Part shown: positions 39,189-51,830 of the stretch, piece by piece
Numbering within the stretch: position 1 is the stretch's first letter
How the letters are laid out: each line of letters opens with the position of its first letter
DNA from: the human T2T-CHM13v2.0 reference genome, Homo sapiens
Reading direction: 5' to 3' (one strand)
Length of the DNA: 64,000 bases
Assembly: GCF_009914755.1 (NCBI RefSeq)
Contig: NC_060927.1
Notes under the pieces: model-generated
Databases searched by the model: none
What the model saw: only the letters and a program-made list of their open reading frames with translations
What the model was told of the DNA's origin: nothing
Made by a program: the position numbers and the translations under genes

Positions 39189-41628
39189 GTGTGAAGAGTA
39201 AGCAATAGGGATAAGGAAATAAGATCTCCAAATACCTTAAAACCATCATGGCTGACAACTTTTTATTTCTCCTCTGTCCAAACTTACTCCTCAGGCTTTT
39301 CCGTGTTAGTCAAATGGAATTTCCAAGGAGGACTATTGGAACAGCACAGTAAACCACCCCTGGCTTTGCCACTTGCTTTAGAGGAAGCATCTAATTTCCC
39401 CAGTGCCTTGTGGATCGCTGTGGTTTCCATTCCAACGCCATCCCTTTCCAAAGGGGAGACAAAAGCACTGGACCCTGCCATTTCACCCTTTTTCTCCCTG
39501 CCCACTTCTAAAGCACATGAGAATGAGGAATAAAGTGAGCAGACATGGGCAGCAGCCAGGGAGGGCGAAGGGGTGAAGCGCAGGCCTTGCTACCCCATCA
39601 ACATGCTGCCCGTGAGGGGGCAGTGGGTGGGAAGAAAACATCGGCCTGGGACCAGCAGATCAACGTGGGCCCAGCACTGGCACTGCATCCGTAGTTAAAG
39701 GGAGGATAACTTCTCCAAGGTCACTTATGAACACAGCCATCCATTGACCATTTCCAAGAGGAGACCCAGATATTTACCCTTATAGGAACTTGAGAGAATA
39801 AAAAAGATGCATGAGCCACTTCTAAATAACATTGTGCAGTTAGGTGCAAAGAACACAGCTGAGTTTGGCTTTTATTTTTAGATACTGCGGTTCTGATGCT
39901 CTGTCATGGGAGTCCCAGTGGTGCTGAGCCTCACACAGGGCAGCCTCACCAGGACAATTATGGAGCCTTCCCAGGTGGGAGCCTGGGCAAGTAGCTTTGT
40001 GTGGACCTGTTCTGGTACATGTTTTAAATGCCCAGACTCCTCATCACACACAAATTTCTTGTGTGGGGTAGGAACAATATAATGAATTAATATCTTTATA
40101 AACATTTAAAATTAATCATTTCTCAAATATGTACTTCATGTGTCAGAGTTCAGCAGCTAGGAAACTTCTAGAAAATAAAGATTGCCAACCTTGACCATTG
40201 GGACATTACATCCTTTGGGCAGTGATGCTGTCCTGCTATCTACAGGCAGCCTGGGGGACTGGTGGTCAAGGAAGGAACTGACTAGACCAGGACTGGACGC
40301 CAATGCTTTTCCCAGCTTTGGTGTCCAAGGCTTTGGCCTTGTGAGTTGCCCTGATTGCATCCTGAGAGAGCTGACACAGCTCCTGAGAGAGCTGAGTGGC
40401 TATAACTTCTTCTTTGCCCATTGTAGTTGTTACAGAGAGTCCTGAGCAAGGAAGGAAGCAGTCCACAGTGAGCTCCTTCCATTTTGGTCTTGTGGACCTT
40501 CCCCCAGGCCATCGCCATTGCAGTATGGCCATTATGGGTGGTATCTTGGTTTCTGTGATGGTGTTGACTTGAATACAAAGCCAAGGCTTTCGTGAAGCAT
40601 TCATGAGTTGACACCTTTGGAGACCACCACAGTCTTTCTGCTTCATCAATGCAAAGCTGTCTCACACTTCCAGATGGTTCTTTTGTGCTTGCCATCTTTG
40701 AGTGGGTTTGCTTGGCTTTCCAGTTCTAAGTTGGCCTCACAAGAACTGGAGCTTCTTGTGGGGTCCAGAACAAAGCACAGCCGAAATCATCCCCCAGCAC
40801 CAGCCTGGCTCCAGTGCCCACAGATCTCTGTCCCTCACTGAAGTTGGCCACTCCAGCTTCACCGGAGGGTTCTTCTCCTATACATTGGACAGCTTGTCTC
40901 AATGTGAGGTCTGTTCAGGGGCTCCCCGTGACTTTGAAAAAAGAGAAGTAATCATGGGCTCCAGCACCTGCACCTGACATGTTTTAGATACTCAAAAAAA
41001 ATCTTTCTCTCCATTCAACGAGTAGTCACTGATTGTTTAGTCACTGTGTGTGGTTAGTAAGTACCACAGCCTTAGAATTCCCCTCCCAGCCAAGACACAC
41101 CATAGTGCTTCTGCAATAAAGTCTCTCTCTCTCCCCATCTCATGTGCTCCTCCCTTCCAGTTGAGGTCCCTATCCAACATGCTCCTGGGACAATGAGCTA
41201 GTTCTCTAATCATTCCTACATTATTAGAACAGACAACCCAGACAGCTAATGACCCATTTAATGTCTTTCTTTGACTTTTATATTATCAAAGCCTAAAAAT
41301 GACATGCAAATATGTGTCTTTCCAACAGGTGATTCCTTATGAGGTCCTCTCCACATATTTACTTGTATACGCTCAATTGTGGCACCACAAGCTAAGCAAA
41401 AAACCTCTATGGTCATATGGAGATGCCTCAAGAAAGAACTTGTAGGGAGTATGGTCGGCACAGGCCCTCTGGTTGCCAGTTCTTCAGGGCCCGCCTCCAC
41501 TGCAGAGCCGCCCTGCCCAAGCCAGGCCTTCCCAGGGTCACCTGTCTCTGGTGCCTGTGAGACAGAGAATAGCGTCATCTCAGCCCGATGGTGGCACTCT
41601 GATGGGCAGAATCCACTCCAGGGCACTC

Positions 41629-42529
41629 TGCCAGCACACCCTCATGGTGCACTTTTGAAGAAGGGAATCAGCAGGGCCTTGGCTGTCACACGTCACCATT
41701 TAGCATTTGCATGACATGGTCAGTGAGAGGGGTGCTGGCCAACCTTGTGCCTGTCAGTCTTTTTAGCCCCTGGTCCTCAGAACAAAATCTGGCTTGGCAA
41801 ATGCTGGTCGACTCTCCAAAGCCAGGGCTTTGTGAAGCCTTCATGGCAGTTTGAGTTCTCTCTCTGCCCAATCATGCTTCCTCTCACATCCCTCCAAAGG
41901 CATTGATTCCTAATAAACACCTTGCACCCCAAACTCCAGCTCAGTACCTCCTAGAGAAGTCGTCCTGCAACAATTTTCTCACCAGGGGCTGCCAATTCCA
42001 AGAGCCCACCTAAGGCTGGATGGGTAAGAACACTGGGTATGCAGGAGATCCATAGTGTGGTTGGGCGCCAGTCACAGAACTCCTCTGAGAAGGCTGAGAG
42101 CATGGGTCCTGTCTCATTATAACCTAAGCATTCAGCAGATATGCTTGGGCACCAGCTGCATGCCAGGGGCCCCATGGTGTATAAGACAGCCACGATACCT
42201 CCCAGAATTTTGAGCACCATTGCTAACCCTGATTTACAGAGGAAGGAGCTGAGCCTCAGAGATACCAAGTAACTCATCTGAGCCCATGCAGTTAGTAATT
42301 GGCTTTGTCTGACATGGTCAGACAAACCAGCCCTTGCTTTGGAGGGTTGACCAGCATTTGCCAAGCCAGACTTTGTGCTGAGGACCAGGGACTGAAAAGA
42401 TGGACAGGCACGAGTTTGGCCAGCACTCCTCTCACTGACCATGTCATGCAAATGCTAAATGGTAACATGCCACAGCCAAGGCCCTGCTGACTCCCTTCTT
42501 CAAAAGTGCACCATGAAGGTGTGCTGGCA
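41629..42529. repeat. ~200-bp inverted duplication (41629-41829 / 42329-42529, ~500-bp spacer)
   Basis: The arms are reverse complements at roughly 85-90% by eye. They produce near-identical ORFs on opposite strands (…SICQAR..EDQGLKR.TGT.LASTPLTDHVMQMLNG). Confidence 0.95.
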
Positions 42530-43959
42530 AAGGACAATGGTGTCATCTTCACAGAATCGAGAAGGTTCCTAGCTGCTACCTCTCCCAGGCTCTTCCCCAC
42601 ACACATATGGCTGTGGAGCCTTAATTCCTTCATGAAGAAGCCACAGATTTCACCGGAGGTGTGTGTGTGCAGGTCCAAGGACCAAACACCTGGGCCTAGG
42701 CATGTGTCTGAACCTTAGAATTCCTGCTGTTGGCTTTCCTCTTCTCCCTGCCCCATTCCCCTGCCTCTCCCATCCCTGGCTCCTCTCTCTCAGATGCAAG
42801 ACCGATGAATAAATTTCCTGGGCCTGGTACAAGATGTGGCTTTAGGTCAGATTCCCTGTGCGGGATCCAGGCATTACTCACTGCTGTCCCCACGTGGCCC
42901 CAGATCTCCTCTGCAGCCAGTCAGATGATCTCAAGGGGCATGCAGACCTCTCAGGTTGGCTCTGTCCATCCTGCCCATGGCCGGTGGTCTGCAGGGCTGG
43001 CTTCCGCCCTGGCTCTTCCTCTCTGGGTCTAGGTGGCCAGGCTTAGGCCCCAGTCCCTGGTCTCCCTGGGCTGGGGCTTTCACCAGACCCCAGGCTCAGA
43101 TCTGAGGAGCTTCCCTAAGCCTCCTCCCCTGCCCAGGGACTGGCATCTCCTTCTGGGAGTCACCCTCCAGGCTTTCCTGAAAAGCTGTGGCTGCTGCCTG
43201 GATTCCCTGGCCTGATGATGGCCCTGCCCCTCACCACCTGGACGAACACTGTGCCTGCTCCACCAGCGGCCCTCGCTCAGGCCAGGCTCTGTGGCCAGGT
43301 AGGTGCTTCAAGGAACCTGTCTCTTCCTGCATCTGCTGCAGCATCCTTCTGCAGACTCTCCACTTTCTAGACCTCAAATACACATTTCAAGCACATCTGA
43401 ATTGTGTCATCTGGAAATTTCTAAACAGTGTAAACAACCCTCAGTCAAGAGCTGGCCGAAGCGTCCCTTCTCGTATTAAAAGGTACTATGGCAATTGCTG
43501 ATGTGGCTCGCTGCGTGGGCATGGCAAGATGACGTGGCAAAGTCCCAGAGTGACAGTTAGAGCCCGGTTATCCTCCTGTGTGGCACACTGCTTGTCCCTT
43601 TCCTTCACAGCACTCCTCTCATTTGTAATTCGCTAGTATTCTTCTTCCTACTGATTGATCCTCTGACTCCTATGTTTGGACCCTCAGCAACAAGCAGCCA
43701 CGGACTGTGCGTGTTCTTGCTCACGTGTGTCTGCCCAGCAACAGGTACAGTGCCCAGAATGAGAGCTGCGTCTCTAGCATTTGCATGATGTTATGACAGT
43801 CTTTGAGGCCAGAAAGAGCTACAGCAATGGAAAATGTTTGGAGACTTGGAGAGTTAGGCAAGAAAGACAGGGACTGAACTCTGAACAGCTGCAGACAGTG
43901 AGTCAGCTGGGTGGATTAAGGATGACCTATAGGAAGCAGGGGAGAAAGGAGCAACAGTT

Positions 43960-44230
43960 TCTTTGATGCTCCTCCCATCAAAACATGGGGTTGATGTCCC
44001 CTCTCCTTGAATCTGGGTGGGCTCTGGGTTTGCTTGAACAGTGGAATTTGGTGCAAGGGATGCTGTGCCAGTTTCTGGGTGCAGACTCAGAAGAAGAGGC
44101 TGGCAGCTTCCACATCCTGTGCCGTGGGAGGCTTGCTCTGGAAACCCTAAGCTGCCGTGTCAGAAGGCTGCCCACCCTGAGACCACCGTGCTGGAGAGGC
44201 CACAAGTAGGCCCAGCATTTCAACTGTTGC
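43960..44230 (+). mobile_element. MLT1 LTR fragment (L2 fragment follows at ~44245-44500)
   Basis: TCCCCTCTCCTTGAATCTGGGTGGGCT...GGCAGCTTCCAC...; L2 ATTCAACATTTATTGAGCA. Confidence 0.65.
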
Positions 44231-44712
44231 TGTAATTAGCCTCATTCAACATTTATTGAGCATTTAGTACATGCTAAGCACTGGGCAAGGTGGTGAGCAA
44301 CGGCAGACACAGGCGTGGTGCTCATGAAACTCACAATCACAGACCCAAGTCACACCATCACAGGAACAAGCTGATGGTTATCAGTACAGGAAGCTAGAGA
44401 GTGTGACAGGGGACTCTGATCTGCTCTGGAAAGGGGAGCCAGGGAAGGCGTCCCTGAGGAGGTAGCGTTTGAGCTGAGAGCTGAAGAATGGACAGGAATG
44501 ACCTACAGGAAGCAGGGGAGAAAGGGGAGGAGGGCGGTGTGTGCCAAGGCCCCGCACCACTCATGCCTGTGGGACATCACTGTCAACTCTCTGGTGAAGT
44601 GTCCATGCATGCAATTGGTTTAGGACTTCTCCACTCATGTTCTTTTCTTTTTAAACTTTTTAATTACAGAAATTTAAAAACATACACAAAAGCAGAGGGA
44701 ATAGTATTAATG

Positions 44713-45237
44713 CAGGGGTCCCCAACCCCTGGGCCACAGACCACTACTGCTCTGTGGCCTGTTAGGAACCAGGCTGCACAGGAGGAGGTGAGTGGCAGGC
44801 AAGTGAGTGAAGCTTCGTCTGTATTTATAGCTGCTCCCCATCGCCTGCATCACCGCCTGAGCTTCGCCAACTGTCATATCAGTGGCGGCATTAGATTCTT
44901 ACAGGAGCACAAACCTATTGTGAACATGCAAAGGATCTAGACTGTGCACTCCCTATGAGAATCTAATGCCTGGTGATCTGTCACTGTCTCCCATTACCCC
45001 GATGAGATCGTCTAGTTGCAGGAAAACAAGCTCAGGCTTCCCACTGATTCTACATTATGGCGAGTTGTATAATTATCTCATTATACATTACAATGTAATA
45101 ATAATTAAATAAAGTGCACAATAGATGTAACATGCTTGAATCATCCCAAAATCACCTCTCCACCAATGCTGCAGGTCCATGGAAAAACTGTCTTCCACAA
45201 AACTGGTCCCTGGTGTCAAAAAGGTTGGGGACCGCTG
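44713..45237 (+). mobile_element. MER1A (hAT-Charlie) complete element
   Basis: TIRs CAGGGGTCCCCAACC / GGTTGGGGACCGCTG; 525 bp; TSD-like GTATTAATG / GTATAATG. Confidence 0.9.
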
Positions 45238-46649
45238 GTATAATGAAGATGCACATACCCCTCACCCAACTTCAATAATGATTAACATTCTGTCCATTTT
45301 TGGTTTCAGCTACACTTCCCACTTTTCTTTCCTTTCCTCTTCTTTGTTTCATCTGCTCCCTTCCTTCTTTTTCCTTCCTTACCTTCTTCCTTTTAAAAAC
45401 AAGTTTGCTGTAGTATTTTAAAGAAAATCCAAGACATCATGCAATTCCCTTAAAAACTCATGCTCTTATCCTTATAAAGCCCCAAATCACAATTTTAAAA
45501 CATTAAAATAAGAAATGGAGACTGGATGGACTCTTCCTCTGTGTGGTTAGGCCACCACTCAACAAAGGAACCGAAGGAGGGACGGAGTCCCCTGGGGATA
45601 GAGCAGCAAGCTCGGAAAGGCCTCACGCCGTGGGTGGCACTTTCTCAGGGGGGTAATCTCCAGGTGGCTCAGAATGCTCTACAGAGGCTGATAAAGGCCG
45701 CAGTGAGCTCCAGGGTTTCTCTTGTTCAACTTTTGGAAACCAGGAAGTTTCTAAGGACCACAGGAAAACTGATGTTGCCTGAGACAAGGTGGGACCATCA
45801 CCCCTAATTCTCACAGGTGGCTCTGAGACAGGAAAGTGATCAGCAGAGTTAAGTGGCTAAAAGAAGAGCCATTGGTGATTGGAGGGTTATGAGTGAGAGG
45901 GAAGTCAGAGAGGAGAGGAAGGTAGGGGCACTGTTCAGGCGCAGATGATGAATTTTGATTTATTCCACTTCAGGAAGATTTTTAAGTGGGGTGTGGCATG
46001 ATCCAATTCATGTTTTAAAGATCTCTAAAGCCCCCAGGAGAAGAAGGGTGGTGGCTGGGGGTTAGGGGTGGTGCAAGGAAGCAGGGATGCCAGTCAGGAG
46101 CTGTTGCAGTTGTTCAGGAAAAAGATGGTGGTGGCGGAGTTGGAGTGACGGTGGTGGTTGTGGTGTAGAGAGATGGATGGCTTTTGACTTACTCTGGGGG
46201 TAGACACAATGGTGAAGATTAGAATTGAAAGAAAGGAAGGCATCAAGGATGACTTGGGTTTTGAATCTGCACGTTTGGGTGGTTGGTGGTGCTGCCCCTG
46301 GGAGGGGAGGATCAGCAGAGAGCAAGTCTGGGGATGCTACCCGGAAGATGGTAGCCATGAGCATGGGAAGAGCTGAGGTCAAGAGAGAGTGGAGGCTGGC
46401 AGCGACCTGGCTAGGAGCAGCTTCCCAGGCATCAACAAGGCAGACTGTGATTGGCTGAGGAGCAAATCAATGGGAAGTGAGGATGTGGAAAGAGGATGTG
46501 TAGGTGAAACTTGTGTCAGGTTTGCTATGATAAAGTATCAGGAGTAATCCAATAAAACAACAAAAAAATGTAAATGGATCTCTTTTGGGTTCATTTGCAA
46601 TTAAATGAAAGAAGTGATTCTAAGAACCTTGCTTGTATTCAATTCAGCT

Positions 46650-47140
46650 GTGTCCTGGTAACTGTTGCCACAAAATTTAGTGGTATAAAAACAATAACCA
46701 TTTTATTTTATTCGCCATTTTGTGAGCCGGGAATTTGGAAGGGGCTCAGCAGGGCATATTTAGCTTGGGGTCTCTCATGTGGCTGCAGTTAGATATTGGC
46801 TGGGGCTGTGGCCACTGGAAAGCTTAACTGGAAAGCTTAACTACTGGCTTAGGGCCAGTAGTTGATGCTGGCTGCCATGCAGGGCCCCAGCACACGGCAG
46901 CTTCAGCAGGGAGGGCTCAAGGTACTCAGACCTTTTACATGGCAGCTGGCTTCCCCTGTGCAAGAGAACCAAGGGGAAGTTGCAGGTCCTTTTCTGACAT
47001 GGCACCGGAAGCCACACAGTGTCCCTCTGCTCTTCCACTGGTCAGAGCAGCCAGAGGCCAGCCCGGAGTCAAGGGACTCGAGACTCCACCTCTTATTGGA
47101 AGGGTGTCAAATAACTCTAGGGCCATATTTTAAAATCACC
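46650..47140 (-). mobile_element. MLT1-type LTR
   Basis: CCACAAAATTTAGTGG...GGAATTTGG...GACTCCACCTCTTATTGG...GGCCATATTTTAAAATCACCA. Confidence 0.7.
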
Positions 47141-48189
47141 AAAGGTGGCTACTCTGTAAATTAACTCATCTTTCAATGATCCCAATCACTCGGTCCCCCA
47201 ACTTGACTAGCTGACTAATGCCCAGAAGTAATCAAAAGAGCCAAGAGAGTAAAAGGGATTGGACAAGGTGTGGATGTCTTTCTCAATGATAACAGCTATC
47301 ACATTTTGAGGCACAGAGTAGCTAAGTGACTTGTCCCAAGCCAGAGGAAGTAGGTAGTGGCACTAGGAGTTGGATCCACGTCTTTCTGATTCTAGAACCC
47401 AATCTCTTAGAGGCTGTTGTACTTTCTCCCCAGTTGAAGTTCAAGCACTGATGTTCCAGTGGTCAGTTTGCACCATATGATCTGGATATAGCTCTTCTCA
47501 CAAAGGCCCTGAGTCAGGAGGACAGGGGGCCCTAGCTGGGCCAGCCCCTAGGCAGGGGAAGAGGAACTCTGGCCATATTGTGGCTTCCTCCCAGGCCCTC
47601 CCCGCTCATGGCTTTATGCCGTTCAGCTTTGCTGGTAAGTAGGTCACCCCTTTGGTGAATGCAGAAAGACATCAACAACTGTGTAATGACTCCAGCATAT
47701 AGGAATTGGGCATTTGGTTTTTTACTGGGAATTTGAGATGGCCGTAAGATGATGTGAATGTCTTTTTAGAAATTAGTTTTCGCATTTTAAAAGTTAAACT
47801 GGCACCTACTAAAAATACTTCAAACGACATAGAAAAGTATAAAGAGAAAAGTAAAAGCATCTTATTCCTGCCACCAACTCCAAAGCCCCACCAGCTCCAT
47901 CTGCCAAGGCAGCCACTGCTGTGTCCAGCGTCTTTGTCAGGAAATGTCGCATGGGTGTGAATAGTGTTCGTCACATAGTCTCCCAGGGTGCCGTCATATA
48001 CTGCTTCAATCCAACCCACTTTGAACAAATCCTTTCCTGTTTTTTGCTATCACAGACATTGTGGCCATGAAGATTGTTGCGTGTGTTTTTGCGTACTTGT
48101 ATGAGTGTATCTGGAGGAGAAGGTGGGTGTTTTACTGAAGATGAAAATTGAGGTGGAAATATGTGCAAGAAGGGAAGATTATAGACTCT

Positions 48190-48800
48190 TTGGTAGAAAT
48201 ATTACAAAAATGGTCCCAATTCTCTACCCCTCACTGTCCCTGTGCCCTTTATAAAGTGACTTTGCAGTTCCTCCCATCCAGAGGAGTCCCTTTTCCCACA
48301 CCTGGAATCTGGGCTGGCCTGTGACTTGCTCTGACCAACAGAACACTGTTGAAATGATGTGCCAGGTCTGAGACTGGGCTTTGCGAAGCTCGGGCACTTT
48401 TACTCACTCTCTTGGAAACCTGCTCAGTGGCCATCTGAATAAGCCCAGGCTATCCTGTTGGGGTCAGGGAGACCACATGGAGTACAGCCAAGTTGTCTGG
48501 CCAAGACCATCCTAGCCTAGCCAGCCTTTCTTTGACCAACTGACCACAGATGTAGGAGTCAACCCCAGCCACGATTAGCCAATGAGCAGCCAACCCTCAG
48601 ACATGTGGGAGCACAGCCTCAATGCGTAGCTGACCACGGGCAGACAAGGGAGTGAGCCCACCAAGAGTCCAGAGCCCCCAGTCAACCTGCATATTCGTGA
48701 GCAAAATAAATCTTCAGTGATTTAAGCCACGGTTTTGAGGTTATCCAACTTCAAATAACGCAGAATAATGCAGCTTGGTCTGACAACAGGTAACTGATAC
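48190..48800 (+). mobile_element. MLT1-type LTR
   Basis: TGTGACTTGCTCTGACCAACAGAA...TTTAAGCCAC...TAACTGATACA. Confidence 0.75.
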
Positions 48801-49002
48801 AGCCTTTTGTATTAACAATCATAATAAAGGTCTGAAGGTCAAGGGCTGCCATAGCAAATCCTGGTTTATGGAAAAGCTTTTTATAAGTCATCAGATAATC
48901 TAAATTCAAGTAAAATGAGAATGGTTTAGAGAAAACCACTCCTACAGCTGTCTCAGCATAACGCAGTAGCAGTAATATGTTCTGTAAATGGTTCAGACTT
49001 AC

Positions 49003-49060
49003 CATCTTCCCTGGGTCTTGGTTCCTCATCTGTAAAAGTGGGCTGACTTACAGCAAGAGC
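49003..49060 (-). other. LZTFL1: Probable LZTFL1 distal alternative exon (58 nt, MIR-derived; ATG 49029 gives MRNQDPGKM)
   Basis: Minus-strand acceptor TAATTTTCTAG| and perfect donor ATG|GTAAGT. The peptide matches the recalled N-terminus of a minor LZTFL1 isoform. MIR core CCTCATCTGTAAAA present. Confidence 0.6.
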
Positions 49061-49204
49061 CTAGAAAATTATACAATTACACAAATTAAACAATGCTACT
49101 ATTGTTACTATTAACAAACCAGTGCTGCAATGAGCTGATCTTTCTCTTGTTTTTCATGAGGACCTGCCACAACCTAAAGATCCTTAACTTTTTTTTTTTT
49201 TTGG

Positions 49205-49660
49205 CCTCATCCACACCTTTGACAATCTGACAAAGCCTATAGCCCCTTTCTCAGAATGCTTTAAAATGCAAACAATAAAATAGAATTACAAACCAATTAA
49301 ATTGAAACACAATTCTCCAAATATTAAAGCAGATATATGAACTAGTAATATATGTGTCTTTTTACTAATGCATTACATAAAATCTATCAGATCTAATGAC
49401 AACCTTCATTTCCGAGTGGAGATAAACATAAATGATACTTTGAGAGTCTGCAGAAATTGTCATGTAATACAAAAATATCTGCCATTTCTACTGGTGACAA
49501 AGTGACAGGTCTAGCTAGTACTAGTGTGGCATGTTGTCTCTAGTCATAATTGAAGGAAGACTTAAATTTTAATTAGTAGTTAGGGTAAAGATGCCATTTT
49601 TTCCCCCACCCATTTTCAAAGACCTTTGATTCTGTGTACCGACCAGCTTAGGAACTCCCT
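49205..49660. mobile_element. hAT-Charlie family DNA transposon fragment
   Basis: CTTTGACAATCTGACAAAGCCTAT..CCCTTTCTCAGAAT...ATTTCTACTGGTGACAAAGT. Confidence 0.6.
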
Positions 49661-50019
49661 CCTAAACTGACCTCCCCAACGCATACCCCCTGGATACTTT
49701 CTCCATTTCTTAAAATTTGGACATGTATGGAACTCTTCTGGATTTGGGGAAGGGGATGTTTTTCCACTCAGAAATGATCTGCCAGTTGGCACCAGAACCC
49801 TTGAATAAAAATATAAGCCATAAAAAAGTTATGGTTGTAAACTATTTTACCCTTAGAATAGTTTTATACCAGGGGATTCATTTAGAAACATCCTCCTCTC
49901 CAAGACTGAAATTTCCATCATTGCGCCCTAGTGCTTGGGCTAATGGATTTGAGGAAGACGGCCTGGTTCCAAGATTCAAGGATCACAGGTAGAGTTAAAT
50001 TAGGAGACAGATCAATTAG

Positions 50020-50487
<468 letters not shown>

Positions 50488-51303
50488 TAAAGCAAGAGAA
50501 CCTTCTCCTAAGAATCTCTCTGCAACTTCCTTTTATTTACTGACACCTAATAAATGAACAGTTGACTCTGGAGCAAAACTGAGCCCTGGGTGAGTCTTGG
50601 GCTTTTCCTGATGGCTCAATACCTGAAACTTTCATAACCAAAGAAGATGGGGGCCTGATCCAGGACCAGTTCTGGTCTCCTTGTCCTTCTTCCACTGGTC
50701 ACCTTCAGGGCATGAATGTGTGGTCCTCTTTCTGAGACCACCCAACAGCTGGGTGGCGTCCCTGCTGGTGCAGAGGAGCTGCCTCTTCCAAGACCTTGGG
50801 TTCCACATAGGAACCCTGTCGCTCATTCACAAGCGTCGTGGGAGGACTGGACTGAGGCTGCTGCCCCTGCTGCTTGTGAAAGCATGCAGGGCCCTGTTTG
50901 TGAAAGCTTGCAGGGCCCTGAAGCCACCTCTGAGGCAGAGGAACAAACCGGCTTGTCTTTCCACATCAGCAGTCACTGCCTTTGGTGTCTGTTCCCTCAA
51001 TGGTCCAGGCTTCCTTACATTAAAGTGCTGCCTCCACCAGATGCATGGGGCAGCTTCAGCCACACCGACACCGTCATTTCTCACTGCCCCTTTCTTCCAA
51101 TGAGAAAGATGGCTTCTGCTAAGCAGCCCTGGGTCCAGCCCTCCTTGCAGCCTTTAGGGAGGCCCTTTCTGTTACCCCTCTTTTCTCATCACTGCTTTGC
51201 TCTCCGATCTTTTATCCCCGCACCGCCCACCTCCGCCCCACCCTTCTCCCTCACCAGCTTTCCTCTCTCAAGCCAGGGAGAAGACAGCACCTGCCCCACT
51301 GAC

Positions 51304-51610
51304 CTGGAAGACGGACGTTTTGGCCTCCCAGAAATGGCTTCCTTCTCTCCTCCGAGGCTCAGTCAGAGTCGGCCTTGGGAGCAGAAAGCGGGGGAGACCT
51401 CCTGAAATCATTTTTTCTGTGATGATTCTATGGACCCACAGGCCCGAAGACAGACCTGTCCTAGAAACAAGGACTTCCTTTTGGTAAGGACACTCATGCA
51501 TCTCAGGTTTTGTTCATTTTTTAGCTAAAAAAGACTTAATTCATTCAAGGCTTTAGATGGGGCTGTCAACTCTTAGATAACCTCAGTGCCAGCATGGTGG
51601 GAGGTGTGAG
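51304..51610 (-). other. LZTFL1: Candidate LZTFL1 distal first exon
   Basis: Donor CAG|GTCAGT at 51304/51303. GC boxes and ETS/RUNX motifs just upstream (51608-51830). Position fits the recalled long LZTFL1 isoforms; boundaries uncertain. Confidence 0.4.
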
Positions 51611-51830
51611 GAAACCACACTAGTCTCCGACCTCCCCAGAGCTTGCAGGATGGGGGCGGGAGGAGGGGACACACATCAAAGCCCAGAGGTTGGCCATCAC
51701 CCTTCTGCTCGCATTACCATCCTTCTTCAGAAAACAGCGGGTGTGGGAAAAGTAAAAGGCTGACCTTTCCCTCACCCCTAACCCACTTTGAATGTCTTTC
51801 ATAATCGCTATGCTTTCCCCCCGCCCGGCT
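51600..51830 (-). promoter_or_regulatory. Candidate promoter (GC boxes plus ETS-RUNX composite)
   Basis: GAGGAAACCACA 51608-51619, GGGGGCGGG 51652-51660, CCCCGCCC ~51819, and locally raised CpG content. Confidence 0.4.

Larger units (their letters stand above)
38706..39591 (+). repeat. 68-bp direct duplication (38706-38773 / 39524-39591, 4 mismatches)
   Basis: TGAGGAATA(C/A)AGTGAGCAGA(T/C)ATGGGCAGCAGCCAGG(T/G)AGGGC(A/G)AAGGGGTGAAGCGCAGGCCTTGCT. Confidence 0.95.

Noticed and set aside
41686-42490. Pair of near-identical small ORFs on opposite strands, resembling paralogous micropeptide genes
   Set aside because: A by-product of the DNA inverted duplication; no splice or promoter support.
50716-51405. 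229-aa ORF on +
   Set aside because: No recognisable domain, low-complexity Pro/Ser composition, and it includes a tandem micro-duplication. Consistent with a chance ORF in GC-rich DNA.
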